From positions 310,001 through 374,000 of the forward strand of contig RSEE01000061.1 of NCBI GenBank assembly GCA_003971905.1: a stretch of 64,000 nucleotides of DNA, read 5' to 3'. A model generated the notes under the pieces. That model saw nothing but the letters and a program-made list of their open reading frames with translations, was not told where the DNA came from and did no database searches. A program made the translations under genes and the position numbers. Within the stretch, counting starts at the first letter, position 1. Every line of letters starts with the position of its first letter. This DNA comes from Moniliella sp. 'wahieum' (lineage: Eukaryota). Of the stretch, positions 12,440 to 24,761 are shown piece by piece.

Positions 12440-12460
12440 GTGACGTGTGACGTGTGACGT
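12440..12460. repeat. Period-7 array (GTGACGT)x3
   Basis: gtgacgtgtgacgtgtgacgt; one mismatch per unit from ACGCGT+G. About 280 bp upstream of the uL24m start. Confidence 0.9.
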
Positions 12461-12907
12461 GGTGGGTGTCGGCGACACAGTGACGCATGATGCGCCATAT
12501 CACACGTCATCGCAAAGGGCCACCAAGCGTTAGCGCGTTAGACCTAAGGCCTACTGCCTAATCCAGCTCCATCAACACACACCAGAAACTGACGGTTGTA
12601 TCCCCCGCTCGACACAACGTAAAGCGAACGCCAGGTAGACAGGGGCAGGCAACGCAAGCTAAGAGGAAGAATGGGGCCATGGGGGGAAAGCTTAGCAGGC
12701 AGGAACAGGAGCATATCAACAGGCGGACCGATCCAAATTAGCAGGAGAGCAGACAGGTAGGGTGGAAGCCAGGAAATATGGAGGAGCGTGCGAAAGGAGT
12801 GGGTCAGGCCAAAAGAGGGAGCGAAAAAGTGAAGTGAATCAAGGAAAGAGCGGATAAGGGGGAAAAGGAGAGCTGGCGGGCCACGAGGGGCTGAGCCCTG
12901 CCCATGC

Positions 12908-15778
12908 TCAGCAAGCTGGCCAGCACAGTGCGCCGAGCGAAGAGGACGATCGAGGGGAAGAAAATGATGTACTATGCAAGGCAGTCATTGCGCCAGGCCA
13001 AAGTAACGTATGCCCAGCCAGTAGGCAAGATAGCAGAAGCAGAGCGAGTCGGCTTAGGAATGAGGCTCGTTCTCCATCGGCTGCATGGCCGCCGTAGTCA
13101 GTTGACGCACCGAGATCTTGCCCGGCCGGCCAGGGCGCATGGGGGCTGCATCGCCAACAGGGGCCTTGGCCGACGCCTCGCGGGCAGCAAGGAATTGGCT
13201 CACACCTTGCCCCGTGCGCTGCGCTGTGCCGAGCGCGTGCCAGGCCCAATGATAGACCCAGCATGATTTAGAGAATGTTCAGGAGCAGGGTGAGAATGCT
13301 CAGGAACCGAAGCAGAGTGTCGCAGCCGATGCCGCTGCTCCAGGCCGGCACCAACGCGCCAGGGAGCCGCGCGGGTAGCATCCGTTATTTGGCTCGGCAG
13401 GGCCGACAACCCATCCTCCTCCTTATCAGCCAGCGCTGCAAAGGGATCCGGGTTGTGCATCGGTTCCGAAAAGTTTTGCATGCTTTCGAACGGCGCAACC
13501 GGCCGCCGGTTGGGCAGGCCAAGAGAAGGAAGCGGGGCATGGGTAATTGAGCTCGTAGGCTTCGCTCGACCGAGGAAGAGAGAAAGGCGTTGCTTCTTCG
13601 ACTCATGCAGCAGGCCCCCCCCTGCCGCTCGGGCTTGAGGGTGGTAGGCGCAAAGCTTTGGGCACCCATGCCTGTCCCCGTACCTGTCCTCACTGCAGAC
13701 CCTGGCGAGGCGGCGGGCTTGGCATTGTTGTTGTAGTACGGCGTCTCTCGGGCGACCAATAATCTGTCACCTCCAAATCGGCCTTGGCCCGATCCGCCGG
13801 GTCAATTTGTTGCCGCAGAGGTAACATGGGCTTTTCAATGCCGAGCCCGACAAGGAGGTCTCCACATCAGGGTACTCATTCATCGCTGTCAAGCGTTGCG
13901 CGAAGCTGGACTTGGCTCCAGGCCCGAGAACAAATACACCTCCTAGGACATAGCGATTGGAACCACCGGCCGAAGGGGCAAGGGGGAGATGGAGCAGTCC
14001 CTTGCGAAGCCCTGTTTTGGACCCAGTCTTCTTGGCCAGACGCCGAGGCGTAAGAGCATGTAGGTACTCATCATAGGCGTTCAGCGCTGGGTTAACCAGT
14101 TGCATTCCCAATGCACGGTACACCGCTCGGTCGGGATCGGCATAGAGGGAAAAAGGGACAGGGAATGAGTTCTGAAAGGCAGCCATCTGCTGCGTCGAAC
14201 TCTGTCCAACAAAGATCATGGAGTATCCAGCCTTGCCCAAGGCGGCCATGTTAACGTTGCACAATTTTTTGACGTATTGCTGGAAGTGTGGGCACGCCCA
14301 ATGCGAGGGGAAAACGACAATCGTCTTGCGGTTTGCAAACAGCTCCAAAACTTGATCGCCGTTCCGTTTTCTTTGTATACCACGGCCCGACTCGCGTCCG
14401 CCATGGCTTGGGCTGTAGGAAGCGCGCGTGCGGCTTGCTTGGCCCGCTGCACCGCCAACGGGTTGGACGTGGAAAGTGGCGCGGTTGACTCCTCCTCGAT
14501 CGAGAGAGACCGGCTCACGGGGCTGCGAGCCGTACTAGCCGAAACAGCCTCGCTGGGCTTCAACTCATCGCCAAGGGCGCGCGGGGCCGAAAGCTGACTA
14601 AAGTCGACCACGGGGGAAACAGACATGTGCTCCATGGACGACGACGGCTCCAACAACTTTTTCTGGCTCGCGGCAGAACCGTCCGAGGCAAGATTGGTCC
14701 GAACTACACGGGCCTTATGCCCAGAAGCCTTGGGGGGCGAACGAGCCTCGCCATCAGTCAAGCCGGGCGCCTGCACGAGGTTCGCGCCGAGTAAAGTCAC
14801 GTGGGGTAAGATGGCTCGATGCCACGGTAGAGTCCGAAGCGACAAATGGTACGGCAGGAGCCAAGGTGGGAGAGACGGAAGAGTGTCCGTGCCCAGAGTA
14901 TCAAACGACCGTTCGTGCCTCGTCCTCGGCTCGTCTTTCAATGACGCACCCGATACAGAGCCCGAGCCAGCACTAAATGCAGCGGTGGCCAAGCCAGAAG
15001 CAAACCAGTTCGATGATTCGCTGGGGGTGGGAGGTGGCTACATCGTCCGACGACAATGAGGGAGCTTCACCCAACGTCTCTTCGGCTGCCGTACCCGCCC
15101 GCCCCCGGGGAGCAAGTGCAGGCAGGTACCCGGCAGAGCGGGTAAGACGGGACGCCGCACGCGCTGCCTCGCCATGGCTCACGGGTGTCCTGGACGAGCC
15201 GCGCGGACCACGGCCCATACCCGGGGCGAACACTTCGGCAGGACCCTCACTGTGACTTGCCGGGGACGCACGGCCATTCAAAGTAGACAACGCAGAAGGA
15301 ACTGAGGTGCCATCGGGCAAAACCTCGAGACCGTTCATGCTGCTGCGGCTCATACTCGTGCGGGATGTGTGACCATACACATGGCCAGGCACATTTTGGG
15401 AGGAGCGGCGAGAGTGAGAGAGGCGAGATTTTCAGAGGCGGCAGCGCGGGTAGTTGTGGCGTTGCTGATCGTTGTCATATCCGAAATGGTGCTAATGTTC
15501 GAGACGGCCGTGCCCGAGCGGGACGTGACGCGTGGCTTTTGTCACCTCCGAAAGCGGAGGGAGACAACACATCCGCACCGGAGGGAGAGGCAGGACGGGG
15601 TGTCTCGAGTGGGAGGAGGTCGGGGGCATCGGAGATGAAAGGAAGGCGTTGTTGAGTAAGCGGAGATGAGGGTCGGGTTCATCGGCGAGACCAAGCTCGC
15701 GCAAGCGCGCAGTGATGTCGCCACGTCTTTACCCATGGCGGCAATGGGGTTGGCAGCAGAGACAGTAGATGTGGCCAT
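12908..15778 (-). CDS. AhpC/TSA-2 (PRXL2-like) thioredoxin-fold protein with long disordered extensions
   Basis: Domain at about 13840-14400: VYKENGTAIKF.ELFANRKTIVVFPSHWACPHFQQYV, FSLYADPDRAVYRALGM and LGGVFVLGPG..SFAQR. Ser/Pro-rich flanks are joined across frameshifts, so start and stop are approximate. Confidence 0.65.
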
Positions 15779-17341
15779 GGGGTTGTAGTGGGTTCGCCCG
15801 CGTACGAGTTAGGGGCGGAGGTGGTGGGGGTGTCGTCGGCAATGGCTTCGTCGGGCCAGGGGGAAGAGTGCCAGACCTGGACAGATCCAGATGGGCGGCG
15901 CGGTAAGGAGAGGAAGCTGAGGAGGATACGGGGGGCGAGGAGGACGCCAGAGGCATCAGGACCAGCTTCGGCGCGGGGGCAGATGGCGTGGGAGGCCACA
16001 GCGACGGGCGCGGTGAGGCCAGCAGCAGAAGCGTCGAGCGCCGACAGGGGGTGGGGGGGGGGCGGTGGTGGCGGTGTGGTGGTGGTGCGGGAGGCGATCC
16101 CAGGAGGCGACGGCCGAGGCAGGGGCAGCGCGGGCAGGGCGGTGCAGTGCTGAGCTGCTGCGCGCCAGCAGCACTCGCTCGAAGTCTGCCGCGGCGGCAG
16201 GACGCCAGTGTGGTGCGAGTGCGGCACCGCGCCTGTGGTGGGACGGTGTGCCCGGGCTGGCCGCATCCGGTCCCTGGCAGAAGGCTTGCCGGCGGGGCAC
16301 AAGAGCAGTGCCGCGTGCGTTTGTTGTCAAACGTACACAACCGATCACTGGCGCGGTGCGTGCATGCGGGGCGGGCCGAACGCCAACTCGCTCATGCAGC
16401 GGCAGGACACCGCCCGCGTGCCGCGTGCGCCTGCGCAGCGCCCGCCTGTCGGGCGGCCCAGCGGCGCCCGCAGTTCCGGCAGGCGCTGCACGCGCTGCAG
16501 GGCGCCGCCGTGCCCGCAGCGGGCCGCACCGCCGGTGGAAAGCACACTGTTCTGCTGGGGCTGCGGGCTGGTGCGTGCGCAGGCTGGCGCGCCGCCTGGC
16601 CCGCCTCGGGGGTGGCGTCGCGGGAACGAGTCCCATACAGTGGGTGCATACGTAACCCACAGCACTCGCCACATGCGGGTGTGCTGGGGCGCAGGAGCGC
16701 TGTGTGCGGGAGTGCTCAGGAGTGCTGTTTGGAGCGCTGGTGCTCCTGGGGCGCTTGGGCTGTACGTGCCTTCCTGCGCCCCCCCGCCTGGCTGCGGACA
16801 GAACAAGTGGCAGTTCCGCTGGACTTCCAATACTTGAACGTTCACTTTCCAATATCCACTTTAGCCTGAGCAGCCGCCAGCCCTTCGATCTCTCAGGTCT
16901 CCGATCTCACAGCTTCGGCCAGTTGCGTGAGGTTACTCAGCTGAGCCTCAGCGCCCTCAGCCAGTGCCAAGCGTCAAATGGGGCTAACCACCCAGTCACC
17001 CAGACCCTACTCGACCATGACCTGACAAGTGTTGCTTCCACTACAGCATCCTAAGACCATTTACACGAGCAAACGCGATGGAGTAGCATTAATTGCAGAG
17101 GACCTGACTAAACTCACTTACCAATCTGGTCAGAGGATTGGGTGAACGCTGGTTTGGGACTAGTTTTAATGTTCAAAAAAAGTTGAAACGCTCCGGCTGA
17201 GCGGTCGAGGCTGGACGTGGGAACCCGCCCTAGTTCCCCTCAAATTACCTCCATGTCAACGCGCGCCCCCGCCGTCCCCATCGGCCTCAGCGGTTCGACC
17301 AACTTGAACCCCCTTCGCCTTTGCGCTGACACAGGGGCATC

Positions 17342-18618
17342 CTAAACCTGCTCCTTGTCTTGCTCCGGCAGCCAAGGGAACGCACTGGCCGGATATTTGT
17401 AGGCCCGGAACAGAGCGTTGCTCTCCGCTGGAAACAGAGCTCGCATCTCTGGCTCCTCGTAGCGAGCAAAGTAGGGGCACACCCATTCCCACACCACCTC
17501 CCCCGCCTCGTCCACCTCGATCACCCGCCCAAACGCGCTCTCACACAAACCGTGTGGCCACGTTTGCCCCGGGTGCGAGGGGGACGATGGGGGAAGGCGT
17601 TGAGCGCTTCCCATGAACGGAGTAAAGAACCGCTCCTTCGACTCGTCCGTCCATTCCCACACGATTTTCTTGGTGGACCGCTCCACTTCAATCGCACGCG
17701 AAAACTGAAAACTCTCCGTATCACGGAACGCGCCATTGTCAAAGATGAGCAGGTTGCCATTGTCCAACTCGGTGGCACAGTGTTGCTGGGCGGCGATGCG
17801 ATGGTCCAGGTGCCAGATCACCTGCTTTGTCGCCCGATCAATGATGATTACCGCCGATACACTGCGCAGCGAGCAGAGTACGTTTCCGTCCCGCAATGGG
17901 AGCACACTGTTGATCAATGGATAATGTTCCCGCGGGTACCGAGATTGAAGCGAAACGTGGCCCGGTCCAAGTATTGGCTCACCCGCCACTCCCACAATAC
18001 GTTTCCGTCTCCATCAACCTCGCGCAACAGGTCGGCATAGACCGATCCATCGGGAGCCTCAGTCCCCTCGAGCCCCCCCAGGACCTGAGCGCTGTCCTCC
18101 GGAGAAAGCTTCTCCAACGCAGCGTAAAGAATCCGTCCGGTACCATCGCCATAGTGGTACGCATCGTGATGAGCCAGCGGGTCCTTGTGCTGGCACCACA
18201 GCACCCGTCTTGGGATCAATCTCGCTCATGATGCCACCACCGTACTTATTGAAGAACCAAAAGGGCCTTGGTGTGCTGGGATCGATACTGTTGATCGCCA
18301 GGTTGCCATTGGGCAGCAGAGAGAATGACGGCCATTGCGCCAAGGGAGCGACCATTTTTTGACCTGATGACCAAAATGTCGATCAAATACGTCTGGAGAA
18401 GTGGATGCAAGGGGAGAGTCAGCACCGTGTTCAAGGAAACAGTGGTATCGAAAAAATATGCATACATCTTTGCTTGTCAGAGGCGAGACCAACATATCCT
18501 GGAACAACCTTCTCCTCGTTGATGGCGGTGACACCGGTGCCGCGCCGGCGGAGACTGTTCTGGTCAATGGGCGCCATACCAATGTTTTTGTTTGGTGGAA
18601 GAGGGTGAAGTCAGCCAT
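17342..18618 (-). CDS. Arylsulfotransferase (ASST)-like beta-propeller protein, no signal peptide
   Basis: RRRGTGV, KWSLPWRNGRH, LLPNGNL, AHHDAYH, EVDGDGNVLWEW, YPLINSV, CSLRSVSAV, AQQHCA, LIFDNG, FFTPFMGSAQRLP, ESAFGRVIEV and LFRAYKY. Intron 18393-18465 (GTATG..GCTGAC..CAG). Confidence 0.85.
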
Positions 18619-18877
18619 GCGGGGAGGTAATTGCTGCCGAGAGGCTATTTTTATACTTTACCTACACACTTCAGCAAGAAAGGGGTGCAATGGGGAGATC
18701 ATAGTATCGATGATGCACCAAACGAATGAACAGAACGATCGCGGCGTCTCGCTATGTATCTCACACATGAGGACATGGGGCCACAGGTGGCAAGTGCGTC
18801 TCACACGAGGTATCCAAGGCTGGTTTCCCCGGGCCGGCGGGCTGCGTAAAACACATCAGAAAAGTAGACTTATTGAT

Positions 18878-18900
18878 AGAGAGAGAGCGAGAGAGAGAGA
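18878..18900. repeat. (AG)n microsatellite
   Basis: agagagagagcgagagagagaga in the ASST/MFS intergenic region. Confidence 0.9.
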
Positions 18901-19908
18901 TATCAGACAAACTCTCTCTGATGATCGGGAAGAAAAGGTCGGATTCAGGAACCATTGGTTGAGATAACGTATACCAGGGTGGCAAGCACGTCAGTATATG
19001 CATTGGTCGGAGATGTGAGATTGCTGGTCGATTGAACGTTGGCTGTAGGCAGTAAAGTGGTGTTGCACAGAGACGGTACAATAATCTCGACAGCAATTAA
19101 ATTACCCTCGGCCCGCTCGGTGGCTTCGGTGACCTCGGTGTGTTCGGACCGAGGCTGCCGAGGCCGCTTCGGGCGCGAAGGGCTGTGGCGCCAGGGCCAA
19201 CACGCGACAATCAAATTGGGCCTCTCCCCTAGTGAGTACATACTCATGATAACACCACTCAGTTGTTGCTGGCACCCAGCCACCAACCGCTTCGCCATCC
19301 CATCCCCGCACGCCTATGACATCGGAGCGCGCCCTAATCTGAAGCGTGCCGGCAATGCTGATCGTCTCTGTTCATCGTTCAACGTCCAAACCGGAGTCAC
19401 AGCCGTGCCTTTTCCCTGCACCGCATAACCAACCCCCGACACAGAAGGCAACACAATCATTAATCAGCGCTCAGCCCGCTCTGCTCGAGAGCACCCGTCG
19501 GGTGTGGTATTACTGGCCCACCTCCCAGTAGCCTCAGCAGTGACTCTTCGCCTCACAATCCCGCCCTTCTCCCGCTTCACCCGTCACCTCGCACGCTCCC
19601 GTATCTACACATCGCGTATCGCTTGCCTCGTTGACAAACGTTGGGCAACGATAGCTGGGTCCCGTCAGCACATGCAAACCCACCTCTCACACGTCGTTTG
19701 TATCTTCTGCGCCCGTTCCTGGGCCCCGGTACGCTACCCACGACGGCGGCGCCTTGATCAAAATCGGTGGTTGTGTCTTCACCTCTCTCGTCTCCGCCAT
19801 ATTTTGACCATCTCATCGCTGTGGTGAGCTACCTCTCGGTCAATATATATATCCCCCAGGTCTACGCCCTTCCTCTTCTTCCCCGAATCACACGGCACCA
19901 CGACTCCC

Positions 19909-21469
19909 ATGTCTTTCAGTCTTCGGGAACAGACACCCACACCCTCTTTGCTACCTGAAAAAAACGACAAAGTGGGATTATCTCCAAGCCCGAAATTTCC
20001 ACAGTTGAGCCCAACCTGCTCGACCCCTCTCCCTCACTTTTGCTCGAAGAAATCCAGGACGATGATCCAATCGTCGTGCACGGCCGGTTGCGCATAGATG
20101 TATGCGTTCTGGGCACTGTGATGCTCATGTTTGTCATGCTGCAACTTGACCGGACCAACTTGGGCAACGCTCTGACCGACGGGGACTTCAAGCACCGGTT
20201 GGGATTAAGCACCTCCCAAGTCAATCTAGGTCAAACCTTATTTACCCTGGCATTGTCGTCTTTGAGATTCCCAGCAACCTGGTCATCAAGCGCATGGGGC
20301 CCCAACTCTGGCTGCCTGTTATCATGCTCGTGTGGGGGTGCGTGACGTTGAGCCAAGCCTTTGTCCATTCGCGCTCGGGCTTCTATGCGACCAGGTTCAT
20401 GCTGGCCTTTGCCGAGTCGGGATTCATTCCCGGAGCAGCCTACTATCTTTCGCGCTTTTACCCCCGCCGTGAAATGGGGGTACGTCTAACGCTCTTATGG
20501 GCCGCGAACGCAGTCGCCGGTGCTATGGAGGTGTGTGCCATGGGGTTGCTTCAGCTTCAAGGTCGAGAGGGACTGTATGGATACCAATGGCTTTTTATCA
20601 TCGAGGGAGCCTGCATGACTGTTCCCATTTCCCTTTTCGCCTTTATCTTTCTTCCCGAAGGGCCGGGCACGGCTGCCAGTGGCGTTGGTGGCCCTCCTCT
20701 CGCCCTCCCCCCTCTATTTCTATCCTGACCCGCTTCAAGCAGCCACTCTTTCCAAGCGTGCGGTTGACGACGATCCCTCCAAGGCAGCTAGTTCCCACCA
20801 CTTGGCTTGGTCCGACTTTGATGTATACTGTGGCTGGGCATTGTGGGGGCACTGCGCCATGGCCTTCCTCTCCTCGGTCATGTTTACCCCTATCAACACG
20901 TATGCGCCCTCCATCATTCAATCGCTGGGTTTCCATGGATTCCACGCCAATGGGATGAACAGCATTGGCAGTGTTGGTTCCCTCGTTGTCTCTCTCTCGC
21001 TGCCTTTAGCTCAGACCGATGGGGCTATCGCGGCGCGCACATCACGTTTGGGTTCCTCCTTTCAGCCGTGGGGCTGCTATGGCTCGCCTTGCCTCCTGCC
21101 TCCGCATCCAAGGGGGCATTGTTCGCGGGCTTGGTCGTCACCCAATCGGGCATGGGCAGTGTGCAAGGAATCAACGCAGCCTGGCTCAGCAACCGACTGG
21201 AAGAACGGCAACGGCCCGTGGCGCTGGCGACATATACCATGTCCATCCAACTCGCTTCGTTTGTTGGAAGCAACATCTTCCATAGCGCCACGCGAGACCG
21301 CAGGGGCCTGCTCATCTGTGCTGGCTGCGTGCTGGGGGCAGCTGCGTTGGCGCTCATCTGGACGGCCTTGTATGCTGTGGTGGATCGACGAACATCAAAG
21401 CTCCACTCCACGGTCTCGTCGGAGGCCCCGTCACAACTGTCCCTATTGCTGTCCCAGATCCCTCATTGA
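19909..21469 (+). CDS. MFS transporter, Dal5/anion:cation symporter family, Soa1/AstA-like
   Basis: LQLDRTNLGNALTD, VNLGQTLF, FEIPSNLVIKRMGPQLWLP, TRFMLAFAESGFIPGAAYYLSRFY, GREGLYGYQWLFIIEG, INTYAPSIIQSLGF and SSDRWGYRG. Frameshifted. Confidence 0.9.
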
Positions 21470-22175
21470 CATCTCCTGCCTAAGAAGCCCTACTACTCTC
21501 GAAGCCTTTTCCAACGCTCACTGCTAAGCAGTTTCTCGCAAGGGGAAAAGGCTGTGTATTATACTATATGAATCGAAATTCACTACTGTATGGCCGACTG
21601 ATGATGCAATGTGGGATATGGACGGGCCTATAGCATACACATGGGAGAAAGTCGCAGGGAAGGCGAGGTTCGTATGTTTGGCGTGGCATTGCACTGTCAT
21701 TGCGTCCCGCCTACGGAAGAAAGAAGGTACTAGTATTTGGACTGGGAGCGCAGAAGGTGGGTGTGGCGTATATACATTTCCTCACGTGTTACACTCGAGA
21801 GCGTATTCTGCTGGGATGATTCATCGATGAATGGTGGCATATATATATGCTTGGCCATGCTGGTGGCGAACTGGGTGTTTGCGGGGCACAAAATACTGGT
21901 GACTGTAGAATACTGACTGACCGGATTGACCGAGAGGCACGTTGGCCAAACAGACCGCCTACTCTTTTCGCATAGCCATGCGACTGCCACGAGTGTCTGC
22001 CTCCATAAAGCTTCAAGCTTGAGGGCATTCAAGTATCGTAGCGTTACATGTTCCACCCGTTACATGCTACTTGCTCTCCACCATGCATCGCTGATCATCG
22101 GTCATCGAATTTTGCTAGGATCCATGGCACGACAGCACGCTACAAGCGGCAACAGCTGGGGGGAGGCGCCGTTGC

Positions 22176-22738
22176 TTAGTTGGGGCAGTCGGCGGCAATG
22201 TGACCCTCCTGGCGGCACTGGTAGCACGACTTGGTCTGGGGCTGGGGGCAGTCGCGCGACACGTGGCCATAGTCGCCACAGTTGAAGCACTTGGCCTGGC
22301 GGCCACCGCCGTTGCCACCCGAGGGGCAGTCACGGCTAAAGTGGCCCACACCGCCGCACGAGTAGCACGACGCACCCCCACGGGACGCGGGGCAGAGAAG
22401 CCGTTGCCCGGCGCACCGCCCTGCGGGCAGTCACGCGCCATGTGGCCCGGCTGGCCGCAGCGGTAGCACCCGCCGGCCTGGGCCGTGGGGCACTCACGGC
22501 TGAGGTGAGTGCGCTCGCCGCAGCGGTAGCAGGCCTTGGGCTTGGGCTCCTCGGGCAGGCGCTGGAAACGTGGCCAGGCTGCTCGCAGTTGTAGCAGGTA
22601 GGCGTGCCAGAGGTGGGGCAGGCGGAGGCCTGGTGGCCAGACTGGCCGCAGCTGGAAGGAAAGTAAGGTGAGTATGCGGGCAGGGAGCATGGGGAAGGGA
22701 TGGGAAACGTACTTGTAGCATCCACGGGCGTACGACAT
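22176..22738 (-). CDS. GIS2: CNBP/Gis2/Byr3 zinc-knuckle RNA-binding protein
   Basis: Seven CX2CX4HX4C knuckles, e.g. CYKCGQSGHQASAC, CYRCGQPGHMARDC, CFNCGDYGHVSRDC and CYQCRQEGHIAADC. Intron about 22652-22712. Confidence 0.92.
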
Positions 22739-24571
22739 GATTCCAAGAGGAGAAGAGGTGGTAGTAGCAAACTCTGAGTGTCGCACGACAAAATGCCCGA
22801 CAACACCCCTCGACCAACCCAGTCTTGCCACACGCATGTCGCCGAAAAAAATTAGAAGCTTCGGACCGACACTGCCCCTCTGCCCGCGGTTTTCCCCCAC
22901 TGCACGTGCGGCCTTCCCCCCCTAGCCATCCGCAGTTCCGCCTTCCGCTCCCCCCCAGGCTTAGAGTTTGCACCGAGTGGACATTTCAGGTTCCCACCCA
23001 TTGCACCCAAAATTTTCGTTTGCAGCCTGCCCAGCATGCAGCATCCCTCAATCACACACCCGGCCTCGGACACAGCACGCGGGGCTGAGAAGCGCCAGAA
23101 CACGATCGAGTGCCTCGAGGACATGATGGATACGCCTTGATTCACCACGATTAGCCATGCTTAGGAAAAGTGGCACAATCCTCATAGCCAATCATTAATC
23201 AGGGCCCACCACCAGAACGAGGCTCTCTCGTATACAGGCACCGTCAGATGCAGTGTGAGCGACACTCTCCTGGCTTCATGCGGGTGAATATCAAGCAACA
23301 ACTGGATCTGTATATATACGGTCACCCAATGGCTACCCGCCCCCGATCACAGATTTACTTGGGGAGCAGCAGCCAACACCAAGTCGAGTACGACTTGCGT
23401 TCAAGAAAGACGACCCATACTAGTACTCCTACTCATCTCTTCTTTTATGTGGATTATTACAAGCTGTGATTGAGGAACTGTATCTTCGGTGGACTCACGC
23501 ACACCTGATCAAACATGTAGTCACCACAGCCAGCCAGAAGCCTTGGCCTGTTCTAGGTTGTTTCGCAATGTTCCTTTTCCCCCTCAACGGGCATGACCCC
23601 TTTCTGCGTTCCTTTCCGTATGTTATACGCAACTGTTGCATACTGAGCTTGTAAAAAAACTCTTACAAACCCGCAAGCAAGACATAAGAAACACTTCGCC
23701 TACGAGATGGGCTCATTTAGTAGTGTTTGCTCTCGGCTCCTTGCACCCATACTCACTGGTAATAAAAGCCCAACAGGTCATAGCCACACAGTTCCTGACG
23801 GTCAGGACTCATTTGCCCCCGTCATTTGTTTCGCATGAATGCATACGGATAGACACATATGTGGCCGACATGTTTACCTCGTTCTGATTCTCAACTTCGA
23901 CTGGCTAATTCGCGGCAGGGCCAACTATGGGCTCTGCTCCGTCTTCGTGGAGTCAATGATATTGGTCACACTATACCTTTCTCAAGTGTACTTTATTATA
24001 GTAACTTTTTTCTTACGCGCAGATCTTGGAGTTGATTGCTGTGTGCTCACCCCCATATTAGCTTCTTTCCACTTTATCGTCCCACAGCCTTCACAGTGAG
24101 GTTTGGGACGCCATCGCAACGAAGAATTTACATGATGATACACGAATCACAGAGCATCATACATCAATCAAGAGACTTTTGACCTGTTTCGCCCCACCTT
24201 GTTTGCCTCTTGGACTTTTTGCCCCCGTTTCTCTCTCGTCGCTCACAACGACAAGCTGGTAAATGCAAGAGCAATGCGAAGCCACTCTCCTTCCTTCTTG
24301 ACATGTTATTGGGAATGAAGTGGGTGGCTTAGTCTCTATGTCTCTACAAGGGATACAGCCTCATCATGTAGCCGTAGTCGAAGGTATCATATATCACGTG
24401 GGGCAAAAGTGTAACATCATACCCAAAATCTAAGTTGAGGCCCGAGGAAGCGCCTGTATTATATTACGGCAGTTGGGCAGTGTAGGATGAAGGGCCTGGG
24501 ACGCACTGGGTCCCTGCTGGTTGTTGGCTTTAGGTTCGAGCAAGGTCGGCGCTTTCGGCGCTTTCCATGGA

Positions 24572-24592
24572 GCGTGACGCGTGACGCGTGAC
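24572..24592. repeat. Period-7 array (GCGTGAC)x3, i.e. palindrome ACGCGT + G
   Basis: gcgtgacgcgtgacgcgtgac about 170 bp upstream of the SCS7 start; followed by gaagctgaagcttgatcgatctgatcgat. Confidence 0.9.
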
Positions 24593-24761
24593 ACCCGACG
24601 CGTGATGTTTGAAAATGAAGCTGAAGCTTGATCGATCTGATCGATTTTCGGGTTACACTGGCTCCGAGCTGCGGCCCGGCCGGGGCGGTCCTGCGGTGCC
24701 GTGCTGCTACGATGTGATGTGCTCGTGGCACTTTTTTTCGCGCTCGCCACCGCATCCTCCA

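Noticed and set aside
18619..19908. CYS-3/MetR (ATGRYRYCAT) or Cbf1 (TCACGTG) sulfur-regulon sites in the ASST/MFS promoter
   Set aside because: No exact match was found by eye, so no regulatory site is claimed.
24130..24190. ATGATGA as a C/D snoRNA box C
   Set aside because: No properly placed CTGA box D, terminal stem or recognisable rRNA guide was found.
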